Part shown: positions 47,895 through 58,063 of the stretch, piece after piece
Numbering within the stretch: the first letter of the stretch is position 1
Layout: every line of letters starts with the position of its first letter
Origin: an uncultured Pseudomonadales bacterium
GTDB lineage: Bacteria; Patescibacteriota; Microgenomatia; UBA1400; Chazhemtobacteraceae
Assembly: GCA_964422035.1 (NCBI GenBank)
Contig: CAYQZQ010000001.1
Span: forward strand, 651,786 to 715,785
Reading direction: 5' to 3'
DNA length: 64,000 nt
Made by a program: the position numbers and the translations under genes
The notes under the pieces: generated by a model
Told to the model about the DNA's origin: nothing
Database searches by the model: none
What the model saw: the letters and a program-made list of their open reading frames with translations, nothing else

Positions 47895-48425
47895 ACTTTG
47901 TTTTCCTCCCATTCTCTAAGTGTTTCTCTTCACTAGTTTCTTTCTCTTTATCCCCCTTTGTTGGTCTAAGACCAACCGACATGGAAATTAACATCAGTAT
48001 TACCTTATTCTAATCACCTCCTAGGTGTCGTACATATTTTTTTGCTTTTTCTGTTGTTAAAGTACTAGGTATGTTTTTATAAGTATTGAGGTAGTATGGG
48101 TGACATACCTATAGGGTAAAAATACAATAAAAGTTATTAAATGTCAATAATGGTCACTATATAGAATAGATTTATAGATTTTGCTATTTCAGAAAAGAAC
48201 CTGTTGTCAAAATATTTTCAGGCAGTTTTTATAGCTTTTTTTAAATTTTCAAATGCTACTACATTATCACTTTATACTCCCGAACCTCATGAATTATAGG
48301 TTTTTGTTTGTTGATTGTAGGAATCTTTTTATTACAGCTTGATTTTTGAAAAGAGATTACCTCAGTCATTTTTTTGTTTGAAGTGGTGACTTGTATAATG
48401 AAGTTATTGTTAATTAAAGATAAAT

Positions 48426-48806
48426 ATGAGTGGATTTTATACAAAGCTAGAAAAGGAAACGGTTGAGAATGAAAATTTTAGAAAGGTGTTGTTTACGGCT
48501 GCTCACAGCCAGCTGGTGTTGATGAGCTTGAAGCCCGGTGAAGATATTGGGATGGAGGTTCACGGTGATGATGATCAGTTTATTAGGGTTGATGGAGGAG
48601 TGGGGAAGGCGATAATAGGGGAGGAAGAGTTTGATTTGGAGGATGGAGATGCTATTGTGGTGCCGGCGGGAGAGAGGCATAATGTTGTAAATGTTTCAGA
48701 AGATGAGGAGTTAAAGCTTTATACAATTTATTCTCCTGCTCATCATGAGGATGGGACAGTCCATGTAACTAAAAAAGAAGCAATGGAGGCTGAGGAAGAC
48801 CATTAA
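48426..48806 (+). CDS. Cupin domain protein
   Basis: QLVLMSLKPGEDIGMEVH..DQF, PAG.RHNV.N, LYTIYSPAHH. Confidence 0.9.
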   Translation: MSGFYTKLEKETVENENFRKVLFTAAHSQLVLMSLKPGEDIGMEVHGDDDQFIRVDGGVGKAIIGEEEFDLEDGDAIVVPAGERHNVVNVSEDEELKLYTIYSPAHHEDGTVHVTKKEAMEAEEDH

Positions 48807-48922
48807 TTGGTGGTTTGATTGTCATCGGGCAGGCTGGATGTTATAATTGTGAACGTTAGTGTTTAGAGTATCTTTTTGGAATTTTTCTTAAAAGAGCATT
48901 TTTTGAGAGGTGGTGAGACATT

Positions 48923-49177
48923 GTGAACAACAAATTATTCGTAGGTAACCTTGACTGGGGAATGACAGATGAAGATCTGGGTAAATTATTTTCTCAGTAC
49001 GGTGACGTAGAAGAAGCAGTAGTAATTACTGAACGAGGTAGTACTCGTTCTCGCGGCTTCGGTTTTGTAACCATGAAGACAGAAGATGGTGCTAAAAAAG
49101 CTAAAGAAGAGTTAGATGGTAAAGACCATGAAGGTAGAGAGCTTAGAGTAAACGAAGCAAAACCTAAATCTGAATAA
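48923..49177 (+). CDS. RRM RNA-binding protein
   Basis: RNP2 LFVGNL, RNP1 RGFGFV; SD-like GAGGTGGTG. Confidence 0.95.
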   Translation: MNNKLFVGNLDWGMTDEDLGKLFSQYGDVEEAVVITERGSTRSRGFGFVTMKTEDGAKKAKEELDGKDHEGRELRVNEAKPKSE

Positions 49178-49196
49178 GATTTATAAAAATAGAATT

Positions 49197-49223
49197 AGGC
49201 AGGGTGTAATGCTCTGCCTTTTC
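49197..49223 (+). terminator. Intrinsic terminator
   Basis: AGGCAGGGT-gtaat-GCTCTGCCT followed by TTT. Confidence 0.75.
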
Positions 49224-49245
49224 TATATCTTAAAAGTGAAGATTT

Positions 49246-50196
49246 TTAGGTTTGTCCGAGGATGAAGATTTCCAGTTTGGGAGTGAGGTGGTATTTTTGC
49301 TTGATCTTTTGTTTTATTAGCTTGATAAGTTTTTGAACATCTTGGCAGGTGGCGTTGTTTTGATTGACAATAAAGTTGGCGTGTTTGGTAGAGATTTGTG
49401 CTCCACCAATTGTTTTGCCTTTAAGATTGGCTTGATCGATAAGGTAGCCAGTTGATTGGGTGGGTGAGTTAATTTTTTGGGCTTGTTTTTGGGTGATGTT
49501 TTGGAATATGCAGCCTGAGGAGGGCATATTTAAAGGCTGGGTGTCGACTCTTCTTTTAACTGCTTTTTTGCCTATTTTGGTTAGATTGTCGTGATTGCCT
49601 TTTTTAAGTTTGAAAGTGGCTGAGAGGACGATGTCTTTTGTTTGGTGGAGGATGGAGTAGTCGTAGGCGAAGCGCATTTGTTTTTTAGTATAGGTTTTGA
49701 TGGTTTGGGAAGGAGTGATAACTTTTACTTTTTGAACATAATCTCCGATGAGCTTGTTTAGGTGATGGGAGTTGTTATATATGGCAGCGCCGATTGTGCC
49801 TGGTAAGCCTAGGAATGAGGCTAGACCCTTTAGACCGCTTTTTATGGTGTATTGAATGAGTTTGTTGGTGGGAAGCCCAGATTGGGCTTGGATGAGGGTG
49901 TAGGGGGTGTCGGGAAGCTTAGAAGAGGTGATTTTAGTGGTTTTGTTTTTGATAATAAGGCCTCGGAAGCCCTTGTCGGTGACAAGCACGTTTGAGCCTG
50001 AGCCAAGCACCTGAAAGGGAACTTGATGTTTGGTGGCTAAATTAACGGCTTTGATGAGTTGTTTTTGTGTTTTGGCAGGGTAAAAAAGATCAGCCGGGCC
50101 GCCTATTTTGAAGTAGGTATGGGTTTTTAGGGGAATGTTGGTTTGAAGTTGAGGAGCAAGGGCGTCTATAAGTGGCTGATATTGGCTGTTTTTCAT
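49246..50196 (-). CDS. murB: UDP-N-acetylenolpyruvoylglucosamine reductase
   Basis: KIGGPA, GSGSNVL, GLPGTIG, PSSGCIFQN, KHANF, LE. Confidence 0.95.
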   Translation of the reverse strand: MKNSQYQPLIDALAPQLQTNIPLKTHTYFKIGGPADLFYPAKTQKQLIKAVNLATKHQVPFQVLGSGSNVLVTDKGFRGLIIKNKTTKITSSKLPDTPYTLIQAQSGLPTNKLIQYTIKSGLKGLASFLGLPGTIGAAIYNNSHHLNKLIGDYVQKVKVITPSQTIKTYTKKQMRFAYDYSILHQTKDIVLSATFKLKKGNHDNLTKIGKKAVKRRVDTQPLNMPSSGCIFQNITQKQAQKINSPTQSTGYLIDQANLKGKTIGGAQISTKHANFIVNQNNATCQDVQKLIKLIKQKIKQKYHLTPKLEIFILGQT

Positions 50197-51581
50197 GTTC
50201 TTTGATACAAAATGGCGGTTTCGTCTTGATAGATTTCTTCCCAGGGTGTCTGAGAGTTTTTAAGCTTAAGATCAAGGAAGGTACCTGGGGGAATGAGAAG
50301 ATAATCAATTTTGTATTGATCAAGCAGTTTTTGATAATTTGGCTGGGCTTGGATGATTTGAAGATGGATTCTATAAGGATATTTCCCTGAGGGATGAGGG
50401 CGGGCGGGGATATGACCGGCTATGAAGGGCAGGCTGTCGGGTAGTTGCCAGGTTAGGTAGCCTCCCCAGCGGTAGAAATTAAAGATGCGGCCGGAGAAGT
50501 TGTTTTGTTGAATAAAATCGATGGCTTGGCAGGGGTGATTAATCTTGCCTTGATGGCAGTAGTTGTTTGGGTTTGAGTTGTAGCGGATGGTGCGGGGGAG
50601 AATAAGGGTGAGGGAGACAATAAAGCCTGTTATGAGGATGAAGTTGGTGAGAGACTTGGCTTTTTTTAGGGAGACAAGCCGGGAAAGGGATAGTGATTGG
50701 ATAAAAAAGAATATTGTGAGGTTACGTCGGGCGGAGATGGATAAGTAGAGGGCTGAAAGGGTAGCTAGGGCCCAGAAGAGGTGTTTTTTAATGTTCTGGG
50801 CGGGTTTTTGGAAGAAGATGATCAGATAGGTGAGGAAAAAATAAGCAATCAGGAGCTTAATAGAGAGAGAGGGCGGCGTCCATTCGGCGATCATTTTATC
50901 TAAGGGAGAGAGAGTAGTAATAAAGACATGGGTGTAGTTTTGTAGTTTATGGGGGTTGATGATGGGGGCAAGAAAGGCGGGTATTGACAAGAGGATGGGT
51001 AACCAGGGTGGAGATTTTTTGTTGACAAGAGATATTATTATTTTTGTAAAGTAGTAGAGACCAACGAGAAGTAGGCCGTAAAAATATGATCCATGGAAGT
51101 TGCTCCATAATACAAATAAAGTGAATAGTGATAGAGAGTAAGTAAAGGGTTTTTTGACTTTTTTAAATATATAGAACAGTAGAGAGAGAAAGAGAAGGGC
51201 AGTGATCTGACCACGAAGGCCGTAGCGGAAGGTAAACCAGCCGCCTACGGTAGTAATAAGAGCTATGAAGGTGGTTTTGGTGGTGTCTTTATCAAAAAGG
51301 AGCCAGATGACAAAGAAACTACTAGTTATAAATAGAGAGTTGATAATGCTAAGTCCCCAGAAACCAAGATGGCGATAGAGAAAGGCTATTAAAGGTTGAT
51401 AAAGGGTGTAGGAGTTTGGCCAGGGTTGATTGTGTAGAAGGACGGTAAGAGTGTTTTTGAGTAAGGGTTGGCCGTGATCTAGAAAATGTTGACCAAAACG
51501 TATGTGCCAGCCAAGATCAGCACCTTGGGCGGGTAGAAGGTAAGTTATAAATATGGTGATGAAGAGAAACAGGCTAGACAT
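50193..51581 (-). CDS. Polytopic membrane protein, GT-C glycosyltransferase-like
   Basis: DLGWHIRFGQ first loop, LWSNFHG, EW, FNFYRWGGYL. Confidence 0.6.
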   Translation of the reverse strand: MSSLFLFITIFITYLLPAQGADLGWHIRFGQHFLDHGQPLLKNTLTVLLHNQPWPNSYTLYQPLIAFLYRHLGFWGLSIINSLFITSSFFVIWLLFDKDTTKTTFIALITTVGGWFTFRYGLRGQITALLFLSLLFYIFKKVKKPFTYSLSLFTLFVLWSNFHGSYFYGLLLVGLYYFTKIIISLVNKKSPPWLPILLSIPAFLAPIINPHKLQNYTHVFITTLSPLDKMIAEWTPPSLSIKLLIAYFFLTYLIIFFQKPAQNIKKHLFWALATLSALYLSISARRNLTIFFFIQSLSLSRLVSLKKAKSLTNFILITGFIVSLTLILPRTIRYNSNPNNYCHQGKINHPCQAIDFIQQNNFSGRIFNFYRWGGYLTWQLPDSLPFIAGHIPARPHPSGKYPYRIHLQIIQAQPNYQKLLDQYKIDYLLIPPGTFLDLKLKNSQTPWEEIYQDETAILYQRT

Positions 51582-52497
51582 TTTTCCAGGATGATAAATC
51601 AGTGTTAATTAGTTTTTCGAGTTTATTGATGTCTTTTTTGTAGTATTGGTATAACTTGTTTTTTACGGGCTGGCTTAGAGGAGGTTTGGTAGTGGGGGTG
51701 AGGTTGAGGTGGTGATAAAGGTTGTAAAGGCGTCGATGTCTGCTTAGTTTGTGATGAAGTTGTTTGAGTTTAAGTTTTTCTAAGGTGTTAAGAAGGGTAA
51801 AGCTTAAATTTTTTATAAGTGGGGATTTTGTTTTGACAGCAGAATGGCGTTTTTTGTTAAGACTTGGGGGTGAAAAGGAAGAGTCGACTTGTAGAAAGTT
51901 GTAAGCTTGTTTGATCAGGTCTTTGGGGTTGTTGATAACTTGATCGTAAAGGAAAACTTGAATATTTTTGGAAGGAAAATGGTGGTAATAGGCTTGTAAG
52001 TGTTGATGATAAAGACCCCAGGGGAGGCGGAGTTTTTGAGTATTGTTTTGTAAAATAGCTTGCTGGAAGTCTGGAGGGACTTGGGTGTGTACTAAGGCTT
52101 TGAGGTGATGGTAGGCGGAGTAAATCATGTCGACTGGGTTTCGCAAGATGGCAATGATTTTGATGTTTGGGAAGTGTTTTTTGATTCTAAAAGGAGCTTT
52201 GGGGTCAGCAAGGTAAGCGACGCTGAATTCTCCTTTGGTTTGGTTGGGTTTTGACCAGTTAAAGTTATCTAGATACCAGTTAATGCCTTTTAAGTAACGG
52301 TCTTTTTGTGAGTAGTTTCTGCGGAATAGAGATTGACTGAAGAAATTTTGCTCTTTATCTAGAGGGTGAAGTTTGTTTTGATTGTGCTTGGTGGGGAAGG
52401 AGATTTGAGGGTGTTCGTATAGGCATTGGCTAAGCCAGGTTGAGGCGCTTCTGGGAGCGCCGATGCCTATAAAGTTAATTTGTCTTTTGGGAGACAT
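51574..52497 (-). CDS. Sulfotransferase domain protein
   Basis: GIGAPRSASTWL...HP, KE..FF, GEFS..Y, LRNPVD..YS; start re-called to ATG 52497. Confidence 0.88.
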   Translation of the reverse strand: MSPKRQINFIGIGAPRSASTWLSQCLYEHPQISFPTKHNQNKLHPLDKEQNFFSQSLFRRNYSQKDRYLKGINWYLDNFNWSKPNQTKGEFSVAYLADPKAPFRIKKHFPNIKIIAILRNPVDMIYSAYHHLKALVHTQVPPDFQQAILQNNTQKLRLPWGLYHQHLQAYYHHFPSKNIQVFLYDQVINNPKDLIKQAYNFLQVDSSFSPPSLNKKRHSAVKTKSPLIKNLSFTLLNTLEKLKLKQLHHKLSRHRRLYNLYHHLNLTPTTKPPLSQPVKNKLYQYYKKDINKLEKLINTDLSSWKNV

Positions 52498-52528
52498 AAG
52501 GTATTTTAGCAAGTGATAGAATCTTGTT

Positions 52529-53332
52529 ATGAAGAAAGGCAAAAGAGTTGGTCTGGCATTAAGCTGTGGGGGTTGGAGGGGCTTGTCTTATGTGGGAGTG
52601 ATCAAGAAGTTGGAAAAGATTGGGGTGGAGATTGATGCAATAGTGGGAAGCAGTGCGGGTGCGATGATTGGGGGAATGTATGCTTTGAGGCAAGATATTG
52701 GTGAGATTGAAGAATATTTTTTGAAGTTAAGATACAGAGATTTATTGCGAGCTTTTAGTGATCCTTTTGCAAGGACGGGTTTGTTTAAAGGGGAGAAAAC
52801 AGAGAAATATTTAAGGGGAATGCTCGGTGAAGTAAAAATTGAAGACTTGAGCATTGAATTTGCAGCAGTGGCGACTAATATCTTAAGAGGGGAGTCGGTG
52901 GTGATAGACAAGGGGGATTTAGTATCAGCGGTGAGAGCGTCCGGTTCTTTGCCTTTTATATTTGAACCAGTTGAGTATCGGGGGGTGAAGTTAGTTGATG
53001 GGGGTGCTTCGATGCCTATTCCAGTGGAAGTAGCTAAAAGTATGGGGGTTGATGTGGTGATCGCGGTTAATCCATATGGTAATTTGTTTTCTGGGTTGGA
53101 GGAAGGGGGAAGAAGTTTGTCAAGACTGGAGATGGTGAAGTTGACTTATTATTCTGTTATGAGCAGATTGGCGTATGAGAATGCAAAAAAAGCAGATGTG
53201 GTGTTGGAGCCGAAAATTAAAGAAGGGAGTTTTGGAATTTTTAGAAAGTTTGTGGATAATCCTACAGTAATAGAGGATGGGGTGAGAGCGGTGATTGAAA
53301 ACGAAGAAAAAATTAAAAAGATGTGTTTTTAA
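52529..53332 (+). CDS. Patatin-like phospholipase
   Basis: LALSCGG.RG, GSSAG, DGG. Confidence 0.92.
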   Translation: MKKGKRVGLALSCGGWRGLSYVGVIKKLEKIGVEIDAIVGSSAGAMIGGMYALRQDIGEIEEYFLKLRYRDLLRAFSDPFARTGLFKGEKTEKYLRGMLGEVKIEDLSIEFAAVATNILRGESVVIDKGDLVSAVRASGSLPFIFEPVEYRGVKLVDGGASMPIPVEVAKSMGVDVVIAVNPYGNLFSGLEEGGRSLSRLEMVKLTYYSVMSRLAYENAKKADVVLEPKIKEGSFGIFRKFVDNPTVIEDGVRAVIENEEKIKKMCF

Positions 53333-53510
53333 GTGGAATGGTAAAAGCTTTATAGAGAGGCAACTTTTGTTGTATTTGAGTAAATATAGTCAGGTTGAAT
53401 ATAAGGGTGTAAAAAAGGCGAAAACAGGCCATGTGTGTGAAAAATTATAAGAGAAAGTGAGGAGAGTTTGATATAATAAGGGAGTTAGAAAATTAATAAA
53501 GGAGGGGTAG

Positions 53511-54023
53511 ATGGCTAAAAAAGTTAAATTTAAAAGAGGTGACTTGGTTGTTGATAAAGGGAGAGTTTATAAGATTTTTAAAGTGAGAAAAAGAGAGGGC
53601 GATGAGGGTGAAGAGCAAAGAATTGTCCACTACAGACCACTTTTTGAGAATAGAAAAAATGAAACCCTTGAAGTTTCAATACCGGCGGAAAATATGAAGA
53701 AGAGTGGAATTAGAAAGCCGGTAACTAAAAAAAAGATGAAAGAGTATCTTAAGAGCCTGGAAGAGCTTAAAGATATTGACAAGAGATTGAATATTAAAAG
53801 TGCCAAGGCAGTTTTGGGTGATAATGATATTGATGAAACTGTGGAAATGCTTAGAATGTCTTGGGCTGATAAGCTAAATGAGGAGGTGAACTTTACAACC
53901 AGCAAAAGAAGGGTGTTTAAGCGACTTAAAAGTAGAATTGCGGCTGAGATGGCAGCCATTATGGATATAAGCTTAAATGATGCTCAGAAAAAGATTAATG
54001 AAGCTCTGAGTAAGGCTAAGTAA
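53511..54023 (+). CDS. CarD-like transcription factor
   Basis: FKRGDLVV...VSIP...GIRKP, helical C-terminus; strong SD AAAGGAGG. Confidence 0.7.
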   Translation: MAKKVKFKRGDLVVDKGRVYKIFKVRKREGDEGEEQRIVHYRPLFENRKNETLEVSIPAENMKKSGIRKPVTKKKMKEYLKSLEELKDIDKRLNIKSAKAVLGDNDIDETVEMLRMSWADKLNEEVNFTTSKRRVFKRLKSRIAAEMAAIMDISLNDAQKKINEALSKAK

Positions 54024-54043
54024 TTGCTTGTTAAAATGAAGTT

Positions 54044-54355
54044 ATGAAGTTACAGATTGTCTGGCATGAGATTGACAGGGATCAGTCTGAAGAGAATTTA
54101 GTTGTGGAGAAGCTAGCCCCTCTTGATAAGTTATTGGCAGATTGGGAAGAAGAGCTGAAAGAAGCAGTGGTAAGAATTGAGGAGGGGGCAAGATGGGGTT
54201 ATAAGATTAGTTTTAATATGAGGATTGGACAAAAAGATATTTATGCCGAAGCTCATGAAGATGAATTGGTGAATGCAGTTGTGGCTGTTAGAGAAAAAGT
54301 TGAAAGGCAGATTAAAGAAGTTAAGGAGGACTTGGGTTGGAAAGGAAGATCTTGA
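54044..54355 (+). CDS. HPF/RaiA-like ribosome-associated protein
   Basis: EKL..LDKL, IYAEA....L..AV....KVERQI. Confidence 0.75.
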   Translation: MKLQIVWHEIDRDQSEENLVVEKLAPLDKLLADWEEELKEAVVRIEEGARWGYKISFNMRIGQKDIYAEAHEDELVNAVVAVREKVERQIKEVKEDLGWKGRS

Positions 54356-54385
54356 CTGAGAAGAATGTAGTGTTAGACTTTAAAT

Positions 54386-55141
54386 ATGAAGAATATAAAT
54401 GAGATTGTCTTATTGTTTTTAGGTGCTGTTTTATTGGTAGGGACGGCTCTGCTGGGTACATATATATTTCCTTGGCAAGATTTGAAATGGGGAAGCTTGA
54501 AAATGGCACAGGAAAGAACAATTACGGTAAGTGGAGAGGCTATGAGGCAAGAGCAAAATCAAGTAGCACAGTTTTCAGCAGGAGTAAGGGCAATAGAAGA
54601 TGATAAAGAGGTGGCAATAGAGAAGGTAAATCAAGCAGTAGCTGAGATTATAAAGAGGGTGAAAGATTTTGGGGTAAAAGAAGAGGATATTAAGACTCAA
54701 AGCTTGAGTGTGCATCAGACTGAGGATAGGTACTGGGATGAGGACAGTGGTAGTTATAAGGATAGGTCCGGTCAATGGAGGGTGAATAACACGGTTGAAA
54801 TTACGCTAAGAGAGGTAGATAGAGTTTCTCAAATGACTGATTTGTTATCAGAGTCAGGAGCAACAAATGTGTATGGACCAAATCTGAGAGTTGATAGTAG
54901 TCAGAAATTAGGAGATGGCTTGTTAAGCTTGGCGGTGGCTGATGCTAGAAATAAGGCTGAAGGGTTAGCAAATCAGATGGGAGTCAGGTTGGGTGAGGTG
55001 GTTAGAGTAGTTGAGGAAGGTACTACGTCGGATAGAAGTGTGGTGCCATTAATGGAAGCAGGAGCGGGAGGAGGAGCACCAATTGAGCCAGGGAGTACTA
55101 GGGTCAGTAAGTCAGTGACAGTGGTGTTTGAGATTAAATAA
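54386..55141 (+). CDS. SIMPL (DUF541) domain protein
   Basis: TITVSGE, DIKT, AVADARNKAE.LA...GV.LG, IEPG. Confidence 0.9.
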   Translation: MKNINEIVLLFLGAVLLVGTALLGTYIFPWQDLKWGSLKMAQERTITVSGEAMRQEQNQVAQFSAGVRAIEDDKEVAIEKVNQAVAEIIKRVKDFGVKEEDIKTQSLSVHQTEDRYWDEDSGSYKDRSGQWRVNNTVEITLREVDRVSQMTDLLSESGATNVYGPNLRVDSSQKLGDGLLSLAVADARNKAEGLANQMGVRLGEVVRVVEEGTTSDRSVVPLMEAGAGGGAPIEPGSTRVSKSVTVVFEIK

Positions 55142-56396
55142 TCAAGAAGTGAGGGTTAAGAGTTCAGGTTTAAGTATAAGAGCAAGGCCTAGTAGAAGAA
55201 TGAGAATGCCTCCAATTAGGCGGGAAAGACGTGCATATTTATTTTGAATACCGATGGCGTGAAGAGTAGACATGGCAATGGTGAAGATAATTAAGTCATC
55301 GATCATGAAGATGATTACATAAAAGGCGAGATATAGATAGTATTGGACCGGTGGTAGTTGATTTAAGCTGAGGATATGAGTGTATATAGCTGGTAGGCCG
55401 GCGGAACAGACCAGTTCTATCAAGTTAACAGCAAAAGCGATGACAGCAATACCCAAGATGGCTAGAAGGAGGTTGTGTTGGTGGACTGATTGTTTTAGTT
55501 TTTCAAAAAATTTTTTTTCGCTGTTTTTCACTGGTGGTTTCACAGCCTCCTTGAGGGTTGGAAAAGTAGTCTTTAAGGTAGTAAACTCCTGCTCCTATGG
55601 CAAGTGCACCTATGACAAGGCGTACCCAGGAGATGAAGCCGATAAAGAGAAAGAAGTTAAGCCAGGCGGAAAGGAAAAGAAAATAGACGATACCGGAAGC
55701 TAAAATGAAGCTTAAGCCAAGTATCCATTGTCTGGCACGATTTTTCATGCCCAAAAGTAAGCTGATTAAGAATAATAGTACCCACATGGCGCAAGGATTG
55801 AAGCCGTCGAGAAGAGCGATCAAAAAGGTGAGGACCGGAAGAGAAAGGTTTTCCAGTTTGACACTGCCGATTAGGGGTAGTGAGATTTCTTCAGGTAGAG
55901 ATTGGTTTTGGAGGATTTTTTTTGGTTGAGTTTGGGAGTCTTTTTGGGGAGTTTGAGTGGGAGTGGGAGTGGGTGATTGAGGATTGAGTTGGGATTGAGA
56001 GATAAAGTCCCCTACAGGATCGGGATCGCCCTGTTGTGCAGTTTGTTCGATAATAGTGGTTAGCTTTTGAGGGGTAGTGTTTTTATTGAAACCGGTTATG
56101 TATTGATTGCCGATGATGGTTAGAGGGACCCCGTTGGTGTTGATGTTAAAAACCTGGCCAATTTGTGAAAGCAGGCGAGCGTTTTGAGGGTTTTGACTGA
56201 TTTCAAGGGAGTGGATTTTAAGGTAGGGGTATTGTTGGGGAAGGTCTTCCATATATTCTTCTTGATTGGCACAATGAGGGCAGGAGATGGAGTGGAAGAA
56301 ATAAAGGTTTACCTGATCTTGCTGAGCGCTAGTGGGAGTAGTAAGGGAGAAAAAAGATAAAGAAACTAGAATCAAAGAAGATAAGAGCTTTTTCAT
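55142..56396 (-). CDS. Glutaredoxin/thioredoxin-domain + DsbD/CcdA-like membrane protein, split by a frameshift near 55505-55518
   Basis: 5' part has CPHC and DGFNPCAMW; 3' part has VN.IELVCSAGLP and MIDD; junction reads CGA AAA AAA ATT TTT TGA AAA. Confidence 0.8.
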
Positions 56397-56665
56397 TTAT
56401 CTTTGTGTTCTTCGATGATTTTGATTAGTTTTTCTTTGGGAACTTCTCCATTGAGTCGGAGAATTTCATCTTTCTTTTTATTAAGAAAGATGAATACGGG
56501 GAGGCGGGTATCTTCAATATCATATTTTTCCATGACTTTTTTGTCCTTATCAAAGTCATAGTATTTGGTATTAAGCCAGGGGTATTGTTGTTCTATTTCT
56601 TGAAAACGAGGTCGCATGACCAGACAAGAAGAGCACCAGTCAGCTCCAATCTTTAGAATTTTCAT
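56393..56665 (-). CDS. Thioredoxin family protein
   Basis: MKILKIGADWCSSC...LPVFIF; start re-called to ATG 56665. Confidence 0.88.
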   Translation of the reverse strand: MKILKIGADWCSSCLVMRPRFQEIEQQYPWLNTKYYDFDKDKKVMEKYDIEDTRLPVFIFLNKKKDEILRLNGEVPKEKLIKIIEEHKDK

Positions 56666-56753
56666 ACTTTTAAGTTTACTATTTTTAGAGTTGTTTGGCC
56701 AGGAAAAAGCCGATGTTGATAATGGGTTGGGGGAGATTGGTATAATGTGGGTT

Positions 56754-57302
56754 ATGTCAACTAAAGGCCGAATACCACAAAATTGGAGATTGAGGAAAGA
56801 GAGATTGACGGGCAATTCTTTGCAGTATAAAAAATATGAAGAGTTTGAGAGTGGAGAGATGGTGGTTAAGAAGAGATGTTTGAGTTATCGTAATTGGGAA
56901 GTTGTACTAGACGGATCGGTTAGAGATTTTGGTAAAAATGTGATTAAAAAAGTTTTGGCTACAGCTGGATTGAGAGAGAGGCCTAAAGAGACTAGTAAAT
57001 TGGTGTTGTCTTTATTGTCCCGACAGGAAGATTGGATAAGTGACCAATTAGATGTTTTGGCAAAAGGAATGATTAGTGGGGCAGGAGAGGTTAAGTTAGA
57101 AGTTAAAGAAGGGGTATTGTTGGCGGCAAATGATTTAGCAGCGGGAGGTGAGTTGGATGCAGTGCAGTTAGCCCAGGTAGCGCAGGGGGCAGGGTTAGAT
57201 GAACATGAGGCCTTAAAATATGTAAAGATAACAATGGATGGGGCAAGTGAGACGGCTATAAAGAAGGTGTATTTGGGAGAGCAAGAAAAAGTAAGAGTTT
57301 AA
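56754..57302 (+). CDS. Hypothetical protein
   Basis: Start re-called to ATG 56754 (TATAAT 7 nt upstream); no clear motif. Confidence 0.6.
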   Translation: MSTKGRIPQNWRLRKERLTGNSLQYKKYEEFESGEMVVKKRCLSYRNWEVVLDGSVRDFGKNVIKKVLATAGLRERPKETSKLVLSLLSRQEDWISDQLDVLAKGMISGAGEVKLEVKEGVLLAANDLAAGGELDAVQLAQVAQGAGLDEHEALKYVKITMDGASETAIKKVYLGEQEKVRV

Positions 57303-58048
57303 GGATTTAGGGTTAAAGTTTGAGGTTCAGTGGTGGTGGTGTTGTTTTGAGAGTCTGTGATGGTGATGGTGAAGTAATAAATTTGATTTGAGTTAAGATC
57401 GGTGAGGGTGGCTCTATGTTGGGTTTTGGTCTCTTGTGCCACAGTGTATGTATAAAGAGGAGGCTGGTTATTTTTATTGGGTAGATTTTGATAAAGCTTA
57501 AGTTGTGAGGCTACAGGTTGTGATGTGTTGAAGGTGATTAGAGCTGAACGGGGAGGGATCTGGGTGATTTGGGGGGTAGAGATGGTGGCTGATGCTTTAG
57601 CTGGTTGAGATTGAGGTTGAGGATTGGTTATATATTTGATAGTTAAGGGCAAGCCGGCAGTGATGGATAGGATCAGTAAGGTGGGAATGACTACGCCAAT
57701 AATAGATCGAGGTTGAAGGGAGGACTGAGAAGAGTTTTTTTGTTTGTATAGTTGTTTGAGGTGTTGATGGGGAAAAAAATTGCCATGACCTTGTGGACAG
57801 GCCCAGATTTGGGTGTCTGATTTGTCGGGTCTGATAAGAGAGAGGCGATCTTGGCATATTGGACAGCGAAGAGGGTCGGGAGGATCGATATCTTTGTCGG
57901 GTTGATTTTCTTCAAGTTGGTTGACTGTTTGTTTGTCGATTTTTTTTACAAGATGAGGGGCGAGCCAGTTTCCTTGACAGTTGGAGCAGTGATGGATTTT
58001 CTGATGGTCGGTGGTTTCTAGTTGAGATTGGCAATAGGGGCAGTTCAT
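57299..58048 (-). CDS. Double zinc-ribbon (zf-TFIIB-like) + TM + fibronectin-III-like protein
   Basis: CPYC..CSNCQGNW, CPIC..CPQGHG; TM; H...LTDLNSNQIYYFTI. Confidence 0.75.
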   Translation of the reverse strand: MNCPYCQSQLETTDHQKIHHCSNCQGNWLAPHLVKKIDKQTVNQLEENQPDKDIDPPDPLRCPICQDRLSLIRPDKSDTQIWACPQGHGNFFPHQHLKQLYKQKNSSQSSLQPRSIIGVVIPTLLILSITAGLPLTIKYITNPQPQSQPAKASATISTPQITQIPPRSALITFNTSQPVASQLKLYQNLPNKNNQPPLYTYTVAQETKTQHRATLTDLNSNQIYYFTITITDSQNNTTTTEPQTLTLNP

Positions 58049-58063
58049 AGATTTAGTATATAT

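Noticed and set aside
47791-47994. 67-aa Cys/Trp-tailed ORF as a RiPP precursor
   Set aside because: The Cys-rich tail is an alternate frame of the adhesin signal peptide and no modifying enzymes are nearby; an SD-like AGGAGGTG upstream leaves a leader peptide possible but unsupported.
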